64,000 nucleotides of DNA. It comes from Octopus sinensis. Its lineage: Eukaryota. Below, in pieces: positions 13,429 through 26,430 of the stretch; position 1 is the first letter of the stretch, and every line of letters starts with the position of its first letter. Where the stretch lies: positions 69,936,001 to 70,000,000 of the forward strand of contig NC_043002.1 in assembly GCF_006345805.1 (NCBI RefSeq), given 5' to 3'. Below the pieces are notes generated by a model. It ran no database searches. It was given only the letters and a program-made list of their open reading frames with translations, and was not told the origin of the DNA. The position numbers were made by a program, and so were the translations under genes.

Positions 13429-14764
13429 TATATGTCAGGAATGGTATTAGTAACATGGAATCCAGTACAACCTGTTGCATGGTTAGATGTCAGTGAGTAA
13501 ACCAGCACCTCCACTTAGCTTGCTTGGTGAGGCGGGTTGCAAGAAATCCAGCAGGACTAAAAACAAGACCTGTCCAAAGGATGGATGAACATAGTGTAGC
13601 TTCAACGACTATGTAGCAATTGTTTGAGCCCTCAGAAATTCCAGGTTGGTGTCTGGCTTTCTGGAAGACTGCTGGGAGTGAGGCATTTCTTGGCTTTTAC
13701 TGAAGCATGTCTCTTGGGGGTCACTCTGGTATAAAAGCAGATATGCATGGAATGGTTTTGAACATTTTGTGGATCTTTTGCTTGAGCTTGAGATCAGGAT
13801 ACCTTCAAATTCCTGAGCCTATGACTCATGTTGACTCTGGATATCTTGCCCTGGCTTGTGTCTGGATCTTGTCAGCAGGGTAAGTGCTGTGTAAGCCTTA
13901 TTGGACCTAAAATTTTAGGTTGTGCAATTGCTGGCGAGGTGATCAGCTGATGTCTGCCCATGTAGGAGTGTGTCGTGGGAAGCATGAAAGCTGTGGATGT
14001 GAACCCTGGAAGCTGATTGCTGATGCAATAACTTCATGCACAGGTATTGTTGGCATTTTGGATGGGCAGTGGTCAATGATGGTTGGCTTCACTCATGAGC
14101 AGACAGCCATCATCATCATCATCATCATCATATATATATATTATATATATGTGTGTTTGGGTGTATGTGCTTCCTTGTCCTGATAGTCGTAAATGAGTCT
14201 CACTGTTATACAAGCAGTATAATTCATTTCCAAACTTTCCTGGAAACAAGTCCAGCTATAGGAAGATATTACCGTGCTTAGAAAGTTGGCAACAAGAAGG
14301 GCATTGTGCCTAGAAAATCTGTCTCAGTGAATTTTGTCTGATCCATGATTCAAGCATGGAAAAATGGATGTTAAAATGATGACGATGATGGTGGTGGAGG
14401 TGACAACAATGTGTTTTTATTTTATTGATCCTAATTTCAGAATAGACTCATTACATTTCAACATATCATAAGAGACATAGGTTTGGCTGCAGGAAGAGTA
14501 TCATGTTATAAAACCCATCCAATCTATGCCGGAGTGGAAAAACAGATATAAAACAATGATGATGATTATGAAAACAATATAGTTGTCATTATTGATCTTC
14601 AAGAGATTAATGGCTTAAATTTCAAACAGAAAATCAACAAATTGATACGATCAGACAGAAATGTGGTATATCAGACAGAAATGCATTTAAGCTTTTAATC
14701 AAAGAACACCAAAGACTCATATTATGTGTTTGTTTTCTTAGGATTGACATGAATTACTCTTGAA

Positions 14765-14969
14765 CAGCGTTTCTCAAATGAGGTTCCTCAGAACTCTAGG
14801 GTTCCACAAAAGGTTCCTAGGGGTTCCCCGATAAAGAGTGAGATAAGCTAATGCTAATTTCTTGATTGTAATATTGCTTTACATACACAACATGTTATTG
14901 ATTATTGTAATATTGTAATCAGCCTATCTAACCTATTATGTTATCAAAAAAATATAACAACCATTGGGG

Positions 14970-15005
<36 letters not shown>

Positions 15006-15145
15006 ATATATGTATGATATTTACCATGTGAAGTATGGTAGAAAAAATACGAGAAAAATATGGTATATAATTTTTTTTGTGCTGGGTTTCCTTGAGACAT
15101 GTAATTTTAAGGGTTATACAAGGGTAAAAAGGTTGAGAAACACTG
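14765..15145. mobile_element. Non-autonomous hAT (Charlie-like) MITE, 381 bp
   Basis: TIRs cagcgtttctcaa / ttgagaaacactg. 8-bp TSD ctcttgaa (14757-64) and ctctagaa (15146-53) with one mismatch, fitting the nTCTAGAn target preference. Confidence 0.88.
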
Positions 15146-16088
15146 CTCTAGAAGAACATCTATAGCAACAATTTAGATGCAAATGAGACAATGAGAGAGC
15201 ATGGTTTGTCAGAATAGAAAGAGCAGTATTTCTCAATATGTCCATGACTGGTGGTGGTGGTGTTGGTCGTGGTGGGGTGGAAGGAATTTATTTCAACCTG
15301 GTGACTTGGCTCAAATGCCTAGGGCCAGGGCTCCACTAAAGGCATCTAAAGCAAAAGATTAACTTAATCTACTAGAAATAGTTGCCAAATCTCCCTGAAT
15401 TCACACTGTACTATTTTAAAATATTTTAGATAATGTTGTGCTAGAGACACTTTGTCTGAAAGAAAACAAGCAAGATAATCACAACTGGAATGTCTTTGAT
15501 GATAAATCTACTGGATTAGGAGTGAACTGGTAGAAATAGCAATCTTGGAATGATAATTACTAAACCAGTTTACCACTCTTTCAAAACAGGTCTGTTGGGT
15601 TTTGTTAAACTTTGTTATGCAGATTGATTTCTTGTGTAAGGCAACTCTTTCTGAATTAGGATATGTAAGAGCAAGAGATTAGGACTTGTGATATTATCTC
15701 TTGAGATGTTGATTAGTCATTAGAAAATTTTTAGATTTTCACTGCTTGAAATATCTATCATTTTTATTTGATGCTATAATTACCACCGCCGCCACCACCA
15801 CCACCGCCACCGCCACCACCACCATGCTACCATCATTTAATGTGCATTTTTACATACTTGCATGGGTCAGATTGAATTTGTTGATGTGGATTTTCTTACA
15901 GCTGGATGCATTTTCATGGAAGGTTGGAAATAAAGCATTTGCACTACATCAAAGAAGGCATTCCAAGCTCTGTCCTCCACTACACATTGTTGTAACGAAA
16001 TGTGGATCCCCAAGGAGTGTTCTTTTTTGAGGTCCATCAACTATTCCTGCCTTTTTCTTCTCGTCATTGAGACTTGGAAAGATTCTAC

Positions 16089-16482
16089 ATAGGCGCAGGA
16101 GCAGCTGTGTGGTAAGTAGCTTGCTTACCAACCACATGGTTCCGGGTTCAGTCCCACTGCATGGTACCTTGGGCAAGTGTCTTCTTCTATAGCCTCAGGC
16201 TGATCAAAGCCTTGTGAGTGGATTTGGTAGACGGAAACTAAAAGAAGCCTGTCGTATATATGTATATATATGTGTGTATGTTTGTGTGTCTGTGTTTGTC
16301 CCCCCAACATCGCTTGACAACCGATATTGGTGTGTTTATGTCCCTGTAACTTAGTGGTTCGGCAAAAGTGACCGATAGAATAAGTACTAGGCTTCCAAAC
16401 AATAAGTCCTGGGGTTGATTTGCTCGACTAAAGGTGGTGCTCCAGCATGGCCACAGTCAAATAACTGGAACAATTAAAAGAA
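16089..16482 (+). mobile_element. Full-length bipartite SINE, family A (tRNA-like head + internal microsatellite + conserved tail)
   Basis: Head ggctgtgtggtaag...gggttcagtccc, core gcaccttgggcaagtgtctt, (TA/TG)n, tail ...atgactgaaacaagtaaaagag. Near-complete copies at about 30018-30422, 34489-34880, 48563-48945, 49508-49920, 55795-56160, 57087-57487 and 61808-62213 (+), and 20530-20945, 24895-25285 and 62290-62975 (-), plus many fragments. Confidence 0.88.
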
Positions 16483-16489
16483 TATATAT

Positions 16490-17276
16490 GTGAAGCATTC
16501 TCCACTGTGAGCAAGAGCTTTGATGCATTGCTTCATTACACTAAGTTTCAGTGCAAGTTTTGCAAACTTTGTGGGGAGCCCAGGTTTTGCCTTGGCCTCC
16601 AAGTGCTACCTTAAAGTGAGAAAGATACACCTTCTTGACAAAGTTATTAATGTTGTACCTTTGAGTCTGTGAAGTGAACTTTCCACAGACGTGACAAAAG
16701 ATATTGGTGGTCATTACAGAGTGTCCTTCTTTTTGATGTTGTATGCATAACTAGATCATAGTCGTTCAGTTTGTACATGGAAAGAAGTGGAATGGTTTTA
16801 AAGCAAAACTCAGCTTGAGCATGTTATTCAAAATTAGCAAGACAATCTAGCCAAAATTCCCACAAATAGTGGTGCAAAGTTAACTTTTGGTATGCTCCAG
16901 GTAAATAAAGGCATATACCTATTTCTTTACTACCTACAAGGGGCTAAACACAGAGGGGACAAACAAGGACAGACAAACGGAATAAGTCGATGTAATCGAC
17001 CCCCAGTGCATAACTGGTACTTAATTTATCAACCCCAAAAGGATGAAAGGCAAAGTCGACCTCGGCGGAATTTGAACTCAGAACGTAATGGCAGACAAAA
17101 TATCGCTAAGCATTTCGCCCGGTGCGCTAAAGTTTCTGTCAGCTCTCCGCCTGACACAAAAATGTGATGTGATAGAGCAAATATGGGGTCAGTTTTGAAA
17201 TCAGCATCCAAATATTAATCTGAAACAGCTCTAAGATTTTATGTCAGAAAATAAAAGTTTATTTTGTTGGCCAGTG
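16490..17276 (-). mobile_element. 5' fragment of a CMC/Chapaev3-like DNA transposon, interrupted by a family B SINE
   Basis: Terminus CACTGG at 17276. From ATG 16748: MHTTSKRRTLCNDH/(frameshift)NIFCHVCGKFT...NFVKKVYLSHFKVALGGQGKTWAPHKVCKTCTET*. The FCxxCG...WAPHxxCxxC motif is what I recall for Chapaev3-type transposases; the family label needs a database check. Confidence 0.7.
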
Positions 17277-18701
17277 TAATTTAATGTTATATGTTATAGT
17301 AGAATTGTAAATTCAATAAATTACATATCTTGCAGTGTTGAATTCAGTTCCATGTGTAAGAACAAAATTTATGTGCAACAAACCAGTTTCCTATGCAGGA
17401 GATTTAATTTACATATGTTTAATGCTATAGAACTATAATGCTATTAAATGTTGGTATTGTGAATTCTTGTGGTTTAGAATAAATTAGCTCTCGTACCAGT
17501 AAGCAGATGCTCTCATATTTAGACACACATTCACATGTGCATTACTATAATATGTTACACATGTATACACAATGTCACACACACACATTCATACATAAAT
17601 TATTATGATGGATAACATATAATGATTCACTTAACTTGCTAGAAAATGCAACCAAATTTTCACTCAGATCACACCTTCGTCATCATTGTCATCATCCATT
17701 TACCACAACTTTTGCTTGTGTTAATGGAAACACCACAGATCCTTCCCTTTAACAGTCATATCACAACTCTGTTCTATATACAATTTTTTTATTATTTTGG
17801 TTTATGTATTTCTATTGCATCCTTCAATTTAATTCCCAAGGTATTTATTATTATGATGACTGTTTCTGTTTTCTATCTCCCTATTGTGGATATTTCTATT
17901 TCCAGTCCAGTTCTTTATTTGGATTGATTCTCTGTTTGTTATATTGTCGATCCATTGTTTGGAAGATGTTTCTTTTCCTGATGGTCTTTGACAATAACAT
18001 CTCTTTGTCTCTGATGAATCAATGTCTTGAAATAACAATCACTTTGTTACTCTCTGATTCCTTTCATAATTAAGCTGCATGACCTGGATTCAATTTAATT
18101 CTTGGATCAAGGAGGATGTTGTGTCCTTGAGCAAGGTACATTTTTTTCTTGTTGCTCCAATCTACTCTGCTGTAAATAAAGACCAGCTGAGAGCAAGTGT
18201 AGTTCTCTTTCTCCCTCCAGCTGTTATATCCTGGAGGTTCCATTGAGTCAACAATAGGAGAGCAGGGAGGGTGTCTATGTCTAATCCACTACTTCATGAG
18301 CACCTAAAACCATGAGTAAAAGCATGGTACATGTTACTAATCCTTGCTTGTTCATGGGTGATGACCGGTTCTCTTTTGTACCATCTCTTTTCTGTGAGTT
18401 ATTGTTATTATTCTGTCCCAATCAACTCTATCTTAGCAGACCTATGACCAAAAGATTCCAGTTATGACCATCACAACTATTTTTAATACTGACTTATAGT
18501 TACACACACATGCACACAAGACAAGGCATAAATAATGGTTACTACATATTTTTCTTTATTGCTGTAAATTTGACTTACAGCTGTTTCCAGCAGTCGTTAT
18601 TGGTTTGTTATTGATAGGTTTACTCAACTGATCTCTTAATTGATTGAGAAAAATTGAATGATGTAGAAAATTAATGCTACTTTCATCAGAATCATTTTTA
18701 G

Positions 18702-18738
<37 letters not shown>

Positions 18739-18742
<4 letters not shown>

Positions 18743-18966
18743 AATATAATATGTGCCAATTATTCGGTAGCCATGATAAAACCCTGAGTTTTGGATGTCG
18801 GGGCGGAAACCCAAGCCGAGATCTCTTCAGTTATCTGGCCATCGAAATAATGCTCTTTTTCTATGGCCAGATAACTGAAGAGATGGTGGCATAGATTTCC
18901 GCTCTGACATCCAAAACTCAGAGTTTTATCATGGCTACCGAGTAATTGTCACATATTATATTTACA
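18739..18966. repeat. About 228-bp fold-back palindromic element
   Basis: Left arm tgtaaatataatatgtgccaattattcggtagccatgataaaac...gttatctggccat pairs with the right arm atggccagataac...gttttatcatggctaccgagtaattgtcacatattatatttaca across a short loop. Confidence 0.92.
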
Positions 18967-19055
18967 GATAAATTCCTGTATTTACGTAATATCGAGTTCT
19001 CTTTCATTCTTTTGTTGTCTTACCAATTCTATCAGTATATATATATGTATATATA

Positions 19056-19128
<73 letters not shown>

Positions 19129-22100
19129 AATATTTGAGGGGATTCTGCACAGTTTCTGCCTACTAAATTCAACTTACAAAGACATCGGTCAGCTGGTGCT
19201 ATGATAGAAAATACTTGTCTGAGGTGGGACTCACTAAGATCAAATCTCGAACCAAAGCATTGTAAATTAAACTTCTTACCCATCCAACCATGCCTGCTCT
19301 CACATAGCCATGTCTGCACCTTATTTCTATAACTTATATCATTCCAGACCAATATATTTTAGCAGAAAGGAAACAGTTGAGTGGAGATGGCATTAAGTCT
19401 TTAATTCATGGATGTTAGGTTCAAATTTGTTGTAGAACAGAACATTTTGTGTGTTTGGGCAGGTTTGTTTAATTCTACATTTTCTCAGTCCACCTAGCTT
19501 TTGGAAATAGGTCCTGGATTGTCTGGAATGTTATTTGAAATAACCTGGCACCCTATTCTTCACAGAGATGGTTTTCTATTTTCCCTAAAACTGTGAAATT
19601 AAAAAGTTGATCCTCAAAATGTTCTTTGGTGGGATTAACAGATGTTTATATTTGACTCTAGAAATCAATAATTTTTTTTAATACTTTCAGCTACTGAAGC
19701 CAGTCAGGCAGATAACATACATTTTGTGGGCTTATGTATAGATAGACTTCCAATAACATTTAGAGGACATCCCCTTTTATATTCAAAATCACATGAACAT
19801 TATGCTAACACACACACACACACACAGATCAAGGTTGATCATTTTGTTATGGTAATCAAAGTTCCTATACTAATTGTTTAGAATAAAGAAGACAAAATTA
19901 TTGTTGGTAGGTTTCCACAATGAACCATTCATGCTGCTAGTTTACCATTCATTGTGCCAAACCCCATGAGCAACAATTATGTTTGTATGAATACATATGG
20001 AGGCTTTTAGAAATCAGTTTTGTCCTTCTAGAATTACAATTCAAAAATAGTCTCATCCTTTAGACGTTTATTACTGTTGGCCTTTTATATATTATGCTCC
20101 AGTTTAAATAAAACCTGTGTCATTAGGCTTCATGTTATTTCTGTTGTTTTTTCCCTGTAAGCTGAATATCATTCCTCTTCTCTCTTTTTCATCTTATCAC
20201 TTCAATACATTGCTTTTGGTGAATAGTTGTCTTTGATGCCTGAAGATGTTTCTGTTGTGGCTGTCAGGTCTTATTTTTTTCCCCAGTAACATTCTGGCTC
20301 AGGTTACATAATCTAATAATTCTGCCCTTTTTTAAATAACAGTTGGATGTTATTTGAGGAAGATTTGACTGTTGTTTCTAGCAAATTGAACAGTTGCTGT
20401 ACTGCAGGCCTTGCCAACTCAAATTACACTGCGGGCCAGTTTAATCACAGAAAGTTTTTTGAGGGCCGCTTGTATACTGACAGAATTGAAGGCTTTTTGC
20501 TTTCTCATGCCATTAATACAATGATGAATAAATGATTACTCTTCTACTCTTTTACTTGTTTCAGTCATTTGACTGTGGCCATGATGGAGCACTGCCTTTA
20601 GTCGTGCAAATCGACCCCAGGACTTATTCATTGTAAGCCTAGTACTTATTCTATTGTTCACTTTTGCTGAACCGCTAAGTTTCAGGGGAAATAAACACAC
20701 CAGCATCGGTTGTCAAGTGATGTTGGGGGGGACAAACAGAGACACACAAACATACACACACACACACATGCACACACACATACATATATGCGACGGGCTT
20801 CTTTCAGTTTCCGTCTACTCACAAGGCTTTGGTCGGCCCGAGGCTATAGTAGAAGACACTTGCCCAAGGTGCCATGCAGTGGGACTGAACCCAGAACCAT
20901 GTGGTTGGTAAGCAAACTACTTACCACACAGCCACTCCTACACCTGTTGTTGATTCAACATGAAATATTCTAATTGCAAAAACAGTAATACCTTTATTTT
21001 TTACTTTTCATTACAAACTTTAATTCTTGATAAAATTTTTAAAATATTTATTTTGATAAACCCATTTCAAGAAAGTATCAAGTGGACCGCAAGATAAAAG
21101 TCTGTGGGCCACATGCAGCCCACAGACCTCAGGTTGACCAGCCCTGCTGTTTTCAGTTCCATACAAATACACAAATAATAGATCTGTATGTTTTCATTCT
21201 TATTCTTTCTTTCATCTGATAATCTCTCCATTTTAATCCTATTTTGGCTTATCTTTCTTTTGGAGAGTAGTTTAACTGGTGTTAACGACGATTTAATGCA
21301 GATAACATTAAAAGGTATTTTAATTATTTTGACAAATTTTTGTGGTTATAAGTTTCCTGTAACCTGATAGCTGTGGTATTCTGCATTTCAAATGGCTGTC
21401 TGGAATGACAAATGTTTGTCTCAGAAAGTTTAACAGGACAAATACCACAGTGGGTATTTTATTCAAAAGCATAGATTGGTTGTGTGTTTCTCTTGTTGCT
21501 ATTTACTTCTTCTGCCTGTATAAATTGCTGAAAGATACAGACAGACAGACAGACAGACACACACACACACACACTCTCTCTCTCTCTCTCTCTCTCCCAC
21601 ACTCTTATGTCAGGTGTCTGCACAGATTTCAGATTTTGTCTACAGAATTGCTCTCATAGGTCATTGATTAACCCAAGGCTATTGTAGAAGACACCTGATG
21701 TGTCATTCAATGAGATCGAATTTAGGATCACATGACTGTAAAGTGAACACCTTGACAACATTAGCCATGCAGTTTATACTAGCACATGCACACACACACA
21801 CACACACACATAACACATACACAGACATAATTTATATGAATAGATTTGTGTCAACAAACCTGTAAGTCAACATAGCTAAGGTTGTATATCAGAAGTGACA
21901 CATGAGTGTTGGATTGGGAATAAAAATTTAAAGGTCTCTAAGTGACAAAGATATTTTAAAGACTAGTTCTACACATAGATTTCATTGGATTCTGAAGCAG
22001 TTTACAGATTAATCCCTCTCTGGATTATATACTGGTTTATCTCTCATAAGTATATATTGAAGTTCATCTAGTATTTATTCCTTCTTGTTTTTCTCTCCCA

Positions 22101-22739
22101 TTGAATTGCCACTACTTCCCTTATCATTCCTTCTTTCTCTTTCATCCACATTGAATTCCCATTCTCCCCTCCTTGCAAATATATAATAGATTTATAAGAC
22201 ATTGTTATCTTGCTTCTCACTCTTTCTCACTTCTTATAATCTCACCATTTTAATCTCGTTTTGTCTCCCACTTGGAGTATAATTAAACTGGTGACAACAT
22301 AATTTAATGAAGAGAACTTTAAGGAAGGTATTTTAATTATTTTGATGAGCATGGAAGATGACTCTAGACATGTTCTGACCTTATTGTGACCTCTTCAGAA
22401 AACCATATACTTAATTGTTCTTGCTGAAATAGTGATAAGAGAATCACTGAGTAAATGTACAATATAGTATATTTGTTCATCTAGAGACACATTTATTAAG
22501 GTTTTAGATATTTAGGAAAGAGAGCATTGAAAAATTAACTAGAAATGACAAAACTTTGAGGAAACAGCAGTATTCTATTTGTCTGACAAATTAACCCTTT
22601 AACTGCTAAATTAGATTTCATGGTTATTCCAGTCATGATGCTAAATATCTACCAAAACTAGAATTGGTATTTTCTGCCAGTCACATTGCCTTAGTAAACT
22701 TGACATTATTTACAGTATTTACATTATTTACAATTCACA

Positions 22740-23500
22740 GTTATTTGTCCTTACATCTTGTTTGTTGTTAACACAACATTTCGGTTGATATACCCTCCAG
22801 CCTTCATCAGGTGTCTTGGGGAAGTTCAGGTCATTGTCTGGAATTGAACTTGGAATCTTGGGGTTAGTAGCCCATGCTCTTAACCACTACATCATATGCC
22901 CGTGGGCAATTATGGAGTGAATTTTAGGGCTTATAAATCTAATATTTTTTTTCCTATCCTTCCTAAATACCGGTTCCCATCTGCTATTCCTATCTGCACT
23001 CAGTCTGCTTTGGAGGTTATTGTGTCCTAGCATATGTGCTGCTTCTTTTAGTTTTCCTATTTTCCAGTGGTGTTATCTGTCTATTATTTCAACTTCATCC
23101 CACAGGGAGAGGTGGTCTCCATTTTTCCATACATGATCAGCTATACCTGATTTATCAGTATCTCCTCGTGTCACAGCTTTGCTATGTTCCTCTACCCTTA
23201 TTTTGAGGGGGTGGCATGTTTCTTCTTTGTATAACCTACCACAGCTGCATGGGATGGAGTACATGTAGTTTTTGGTCATATTCTCTTCTATTGGTGGTTT
23301 TACTTGAAGGAGATATTTGCGAAGTGTTGTATTACTCTTGAACACTGTCCTGACGTCATATGGGCTGCAAATCTTTTGTATCTTTTCGGAGAGCTCTTTC
23401 ACATAGGGTAGACAGACTGTAGACAGTTTATTGGTTTCATCCTCTCCTTTCTTCATAATTGGAATAGATAGTATGTTTTTGGGGTAGTGGTTGCTTAATA
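22740..23500 (-). mobile_element. Penelope-like retroelement 3' fragment, GIY-YIG endonuclease
   Basis: ORF 23073-23552: LPYVKELSEKIQKI...YSIPCSCGRLYKEETCHPLKIRVEEH...SGIADHVW...WDEVEIID, continuing out of frame as KLKEAAHMLGH. Terminal ctgatgaaggctggag...ccgaaatgttg motif. Confidence 0.85.
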
Positions 23501-23621
23501 GATTGTTATCCATCAATTGTAAATAATGTAAATAATGTACATAATTCCTCATCTCTTAAATATAGAACTGTATTAAACTTGACATATCTCAACAGAAAAG
23601 TTTCAAACATGACATTCCTTA

Positions 23622-24761
23622 TCTTTATATATATAAAACTGAGAATGTGTGTCTGTCTGTCTGTCTGTGTGTTTCCCCAAAACTTGAGAACTACACAACC
23701 AATTTCATTCAAATTTTACACATGCCATACTTAGGGTCCATGTAGTTTCATGGGCAAAAAAAATGTTCAACTTCTTGCCTAGAGTGAGCCCATAGCAATA
23801 TCATATCTTCTCCACTATTTCAGTATTACGTGTTAAAAGTGAAACAAAAACATTTCTCTATTTTATGTCAGATACATTCACTTTAACAATAAAAATAATA
23901 ATAACAATTGAATTATATGTAGTAAGTAATAATTAAAATCAAACTAAAGTATAATATTATCGTAACATAACAAAAATAAAAATATAGCAATTGGTATAAA
24001 ATTGCATCAATGACTTGAACTTGAATCAGTGGTTTCACATGAATGGGAATAAATAAAAAATAAAATTTAAGTGCAGAAATGGAATAGTCCAGATGGAGGT
24101 GTGCACGGCTTTTACATTAGATTATTTGCTAATTAGCTAGCATTAAGCATTCTACTGAGTACCGCTGTTAGTTTATTTCTGATCCATAAAGGCCTATAGC
24201 TTCAACAGAGTACTGCTTTTTGGTTTACCATAAGGTTTGTTGTTATTATTTCTGTTTAACTATTGTTATCACGTTTGTTAGTTCCTCGTAAGGGAAGCAT
24301 TGTTGTGTTGCATTTGTTAAATAATTGTAAACCGTAACCCTCCCACTTTGGGAGAAGGAGCTTTGGTTATTGTTTAAAAATTGAATTGTGTCCCTGTTTG
24401 GGGAAATTGACAATATTTTCACTGTTTAGACAGAAGTATTTTTGTTAAAATGTCTTCGATAGAAGAAAGTCCAAACATGAATTTTGCTGCAGCCGTCAGA
24501 TTGTAGCCACACTTCTATACAAGAGGGAGGACAAGATACAATTGATCGAAATTACAAGAGATGGGCTAACAATTCCAGTCTGTTATATATTTTGAGTATT
24601 GTTATCACTAGCGATATCAAGATATAACTTTGTATTTTGTATTTTATGTATAGATGTATATATATAGATGTACATGTAATATGTACACATATATATATAT
24701 ATATACACATATATACATGCACTAGCACTATGACCCGGCAATGACGGGTCTTTAATGCTAG
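23622..24761 (+). mobile_element. Complete non-autonomous Helitron, 1140 bp
   Basis: Inserted between A and T with no TSD. 5' TC (tctttatatatataaaactgag...(gtct)n), 3' hairpin gacccg-gcaatga-cgggtc (24732-50) and terminal CTAG (24758-61). Confidence 0.9.
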
Positions 24762-25360
24762 TCAAAAGATAGATTGATAGATTGGTACATAAAACTGTTT
24801 TCTGCAGTTAAGGGTAGTGAAATCTTTTGGTGGATATATCTGCTTTCCACTGAAAAAGGTTAAGACAGCAACCTGGCTATGTTTATTCCCTTTTTTTTTC
24901 ACTTGTTCAGTTATTAGACTGTGGCCATGCTGGGGCACCACCTTGAAGAAATTTTAGTTGAATGAATTGATCCCTGTACTTATTTACTTCTTTGAAGCCC
25001 AGTACTTATTCTATTGGTCTCTTGTGCTGAACTGCTAAGTTATGGGGACATAAATACACCAAAACCAGTTGTCAAGCATTGATGGAGACAAACATAGACA
25101 CAAAGACACACACACACACACACACACACAGAGGTACACATCTAACAGGCTTCTTCCAGTTTACGTCTATGAAACCCACTCACAAGGCTTTGGTCAGCCC
25201 AGAGCTATAATAGAAGACACTTGCCCAAGGTTTCACACATTGAGACTGAACCCAGAACCCTGTGGTTGGAAAGCAAACTCCTTAACCACATTCCCATTCC
25301 AATACCTGTACACTATAAATAAAATTGATATAATAAATATATTAAGTTTAATAAACTATA

Positions 25361-25766
25361 AACTAGCAAAGTACTTGGAGAGTGCAGACCTCCGCCAAGC
25401 AGCTCATTTTAAGATAGATAGATTCACGAAAATAAAATTACTAATAGAGAAACAAAAATAAACTTTGGAAACAGCAACGCCACCATAGGTTACGTGAAAA
25501 TGATGAACGTGTTTTCAAGAGAGATAATCAAAGAATGTAACATTGTAATACTTCATGTAAAGTAAATATAACAAATGAGAAATCCTTCAAGAATTGATAA
25601 AAATTCTCGGATCACTACCAAAATTTCATCACCTGTTCCTTGTGTCATTACCAACTTTTCCTGCAAGTTTCATCAAATACCGTTTGCAACTTTTTGAGTT
25701 ATTTTGCACACAGACGGACAAACCAAAGCCGATGAAAACATAACCTCCTTCCTTGGCGGAGGTAAT
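25361..25766 (-). mobile_element. Helentron-associated (HINE/DINE-like) non-autonomous element
   Basis: Sub-terminal inverted repeats acctccgccaag / cttggcggaggt. On the minus strand it begins attacctccgccaaggaaggaggttatgttttc and ends with a short stem region and ctagtt. Confidence 0.65.
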
Positions 25767-26013
25767 GAAATAAATTTGAAGTTCCTGCATAGCTGCATTC
25801 CAGTGGCTGAAACGTGTAAAAAATAGACAAAAGATTTAACGAAATAATAAAATCAGTTTGATAAATAAACTTAAAAATAACTATTGGCCAAAAAAGTTAT
25901 GCTCTGTTGACTAAGTTATGCTGGCAATGAGGAAGCCTCCGTGTGTTTGGTTGTCCTATTAAAAATAGCAGTCAAATCCTTCTCAAATCACACTAACTGT
26001 TTTTTATGAAATA

Positions 26014-26430
26014 GTGGCATGTAAAAAGCATCATCTGAATGTGGCCGATGACAATGCCCCCTGACTGGTTTCTGTGCCAGGGGCATATAAAAAGCACTAT
26101 CTGAAAGTGATTGATGCCAGAGCTGCCTGACTGGCTCTCGTGCCGGTTACATGTAAAGAGCACTCTCCGAACATAATCGATGCCAGAGCCACCTGACTGG
26201 CTCTCATGCTGGTGGCATGTGAAATGCACTATCCAAATGTGATTGATGCCAGGGCTGCCTGACTGGCTACCATGCCAGTGGCACGTAAAAAGCATTATCT
26301 GATTGTGATCAATACCAGGGCTGTATGACTGGCTCCCATGCTAGTGGCACGTAAAAAGCACTATTCAAACGTGATCGACGCCAGGGCCACCTGATTGGCT
26401 TCTGTGCTGGTGGCACATAAAAAACACCCA
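26014..26430 (+). repeat. 66-bp tandem array (more than 6 units) forming the 5' part of a family D element
   Basis: The gtggcacgtaaaaagcac module recurs at 26014, 26080, 26146, 26212, 26278, 26344 and 26410, then runs into the family D body and its (GAT/GGT)n tail. Confidence 0.9.

Noticed and set aside
24450-24506. Short ORF MSSIEESPNMNFAAAVRL* resembling the missing ACBD5 N-terminus (F.AAV)
   Set aside because: It ends in a stop rather than a phase-1 donor, lacks the VI..LP motif, and lies inside a complete Helitron.
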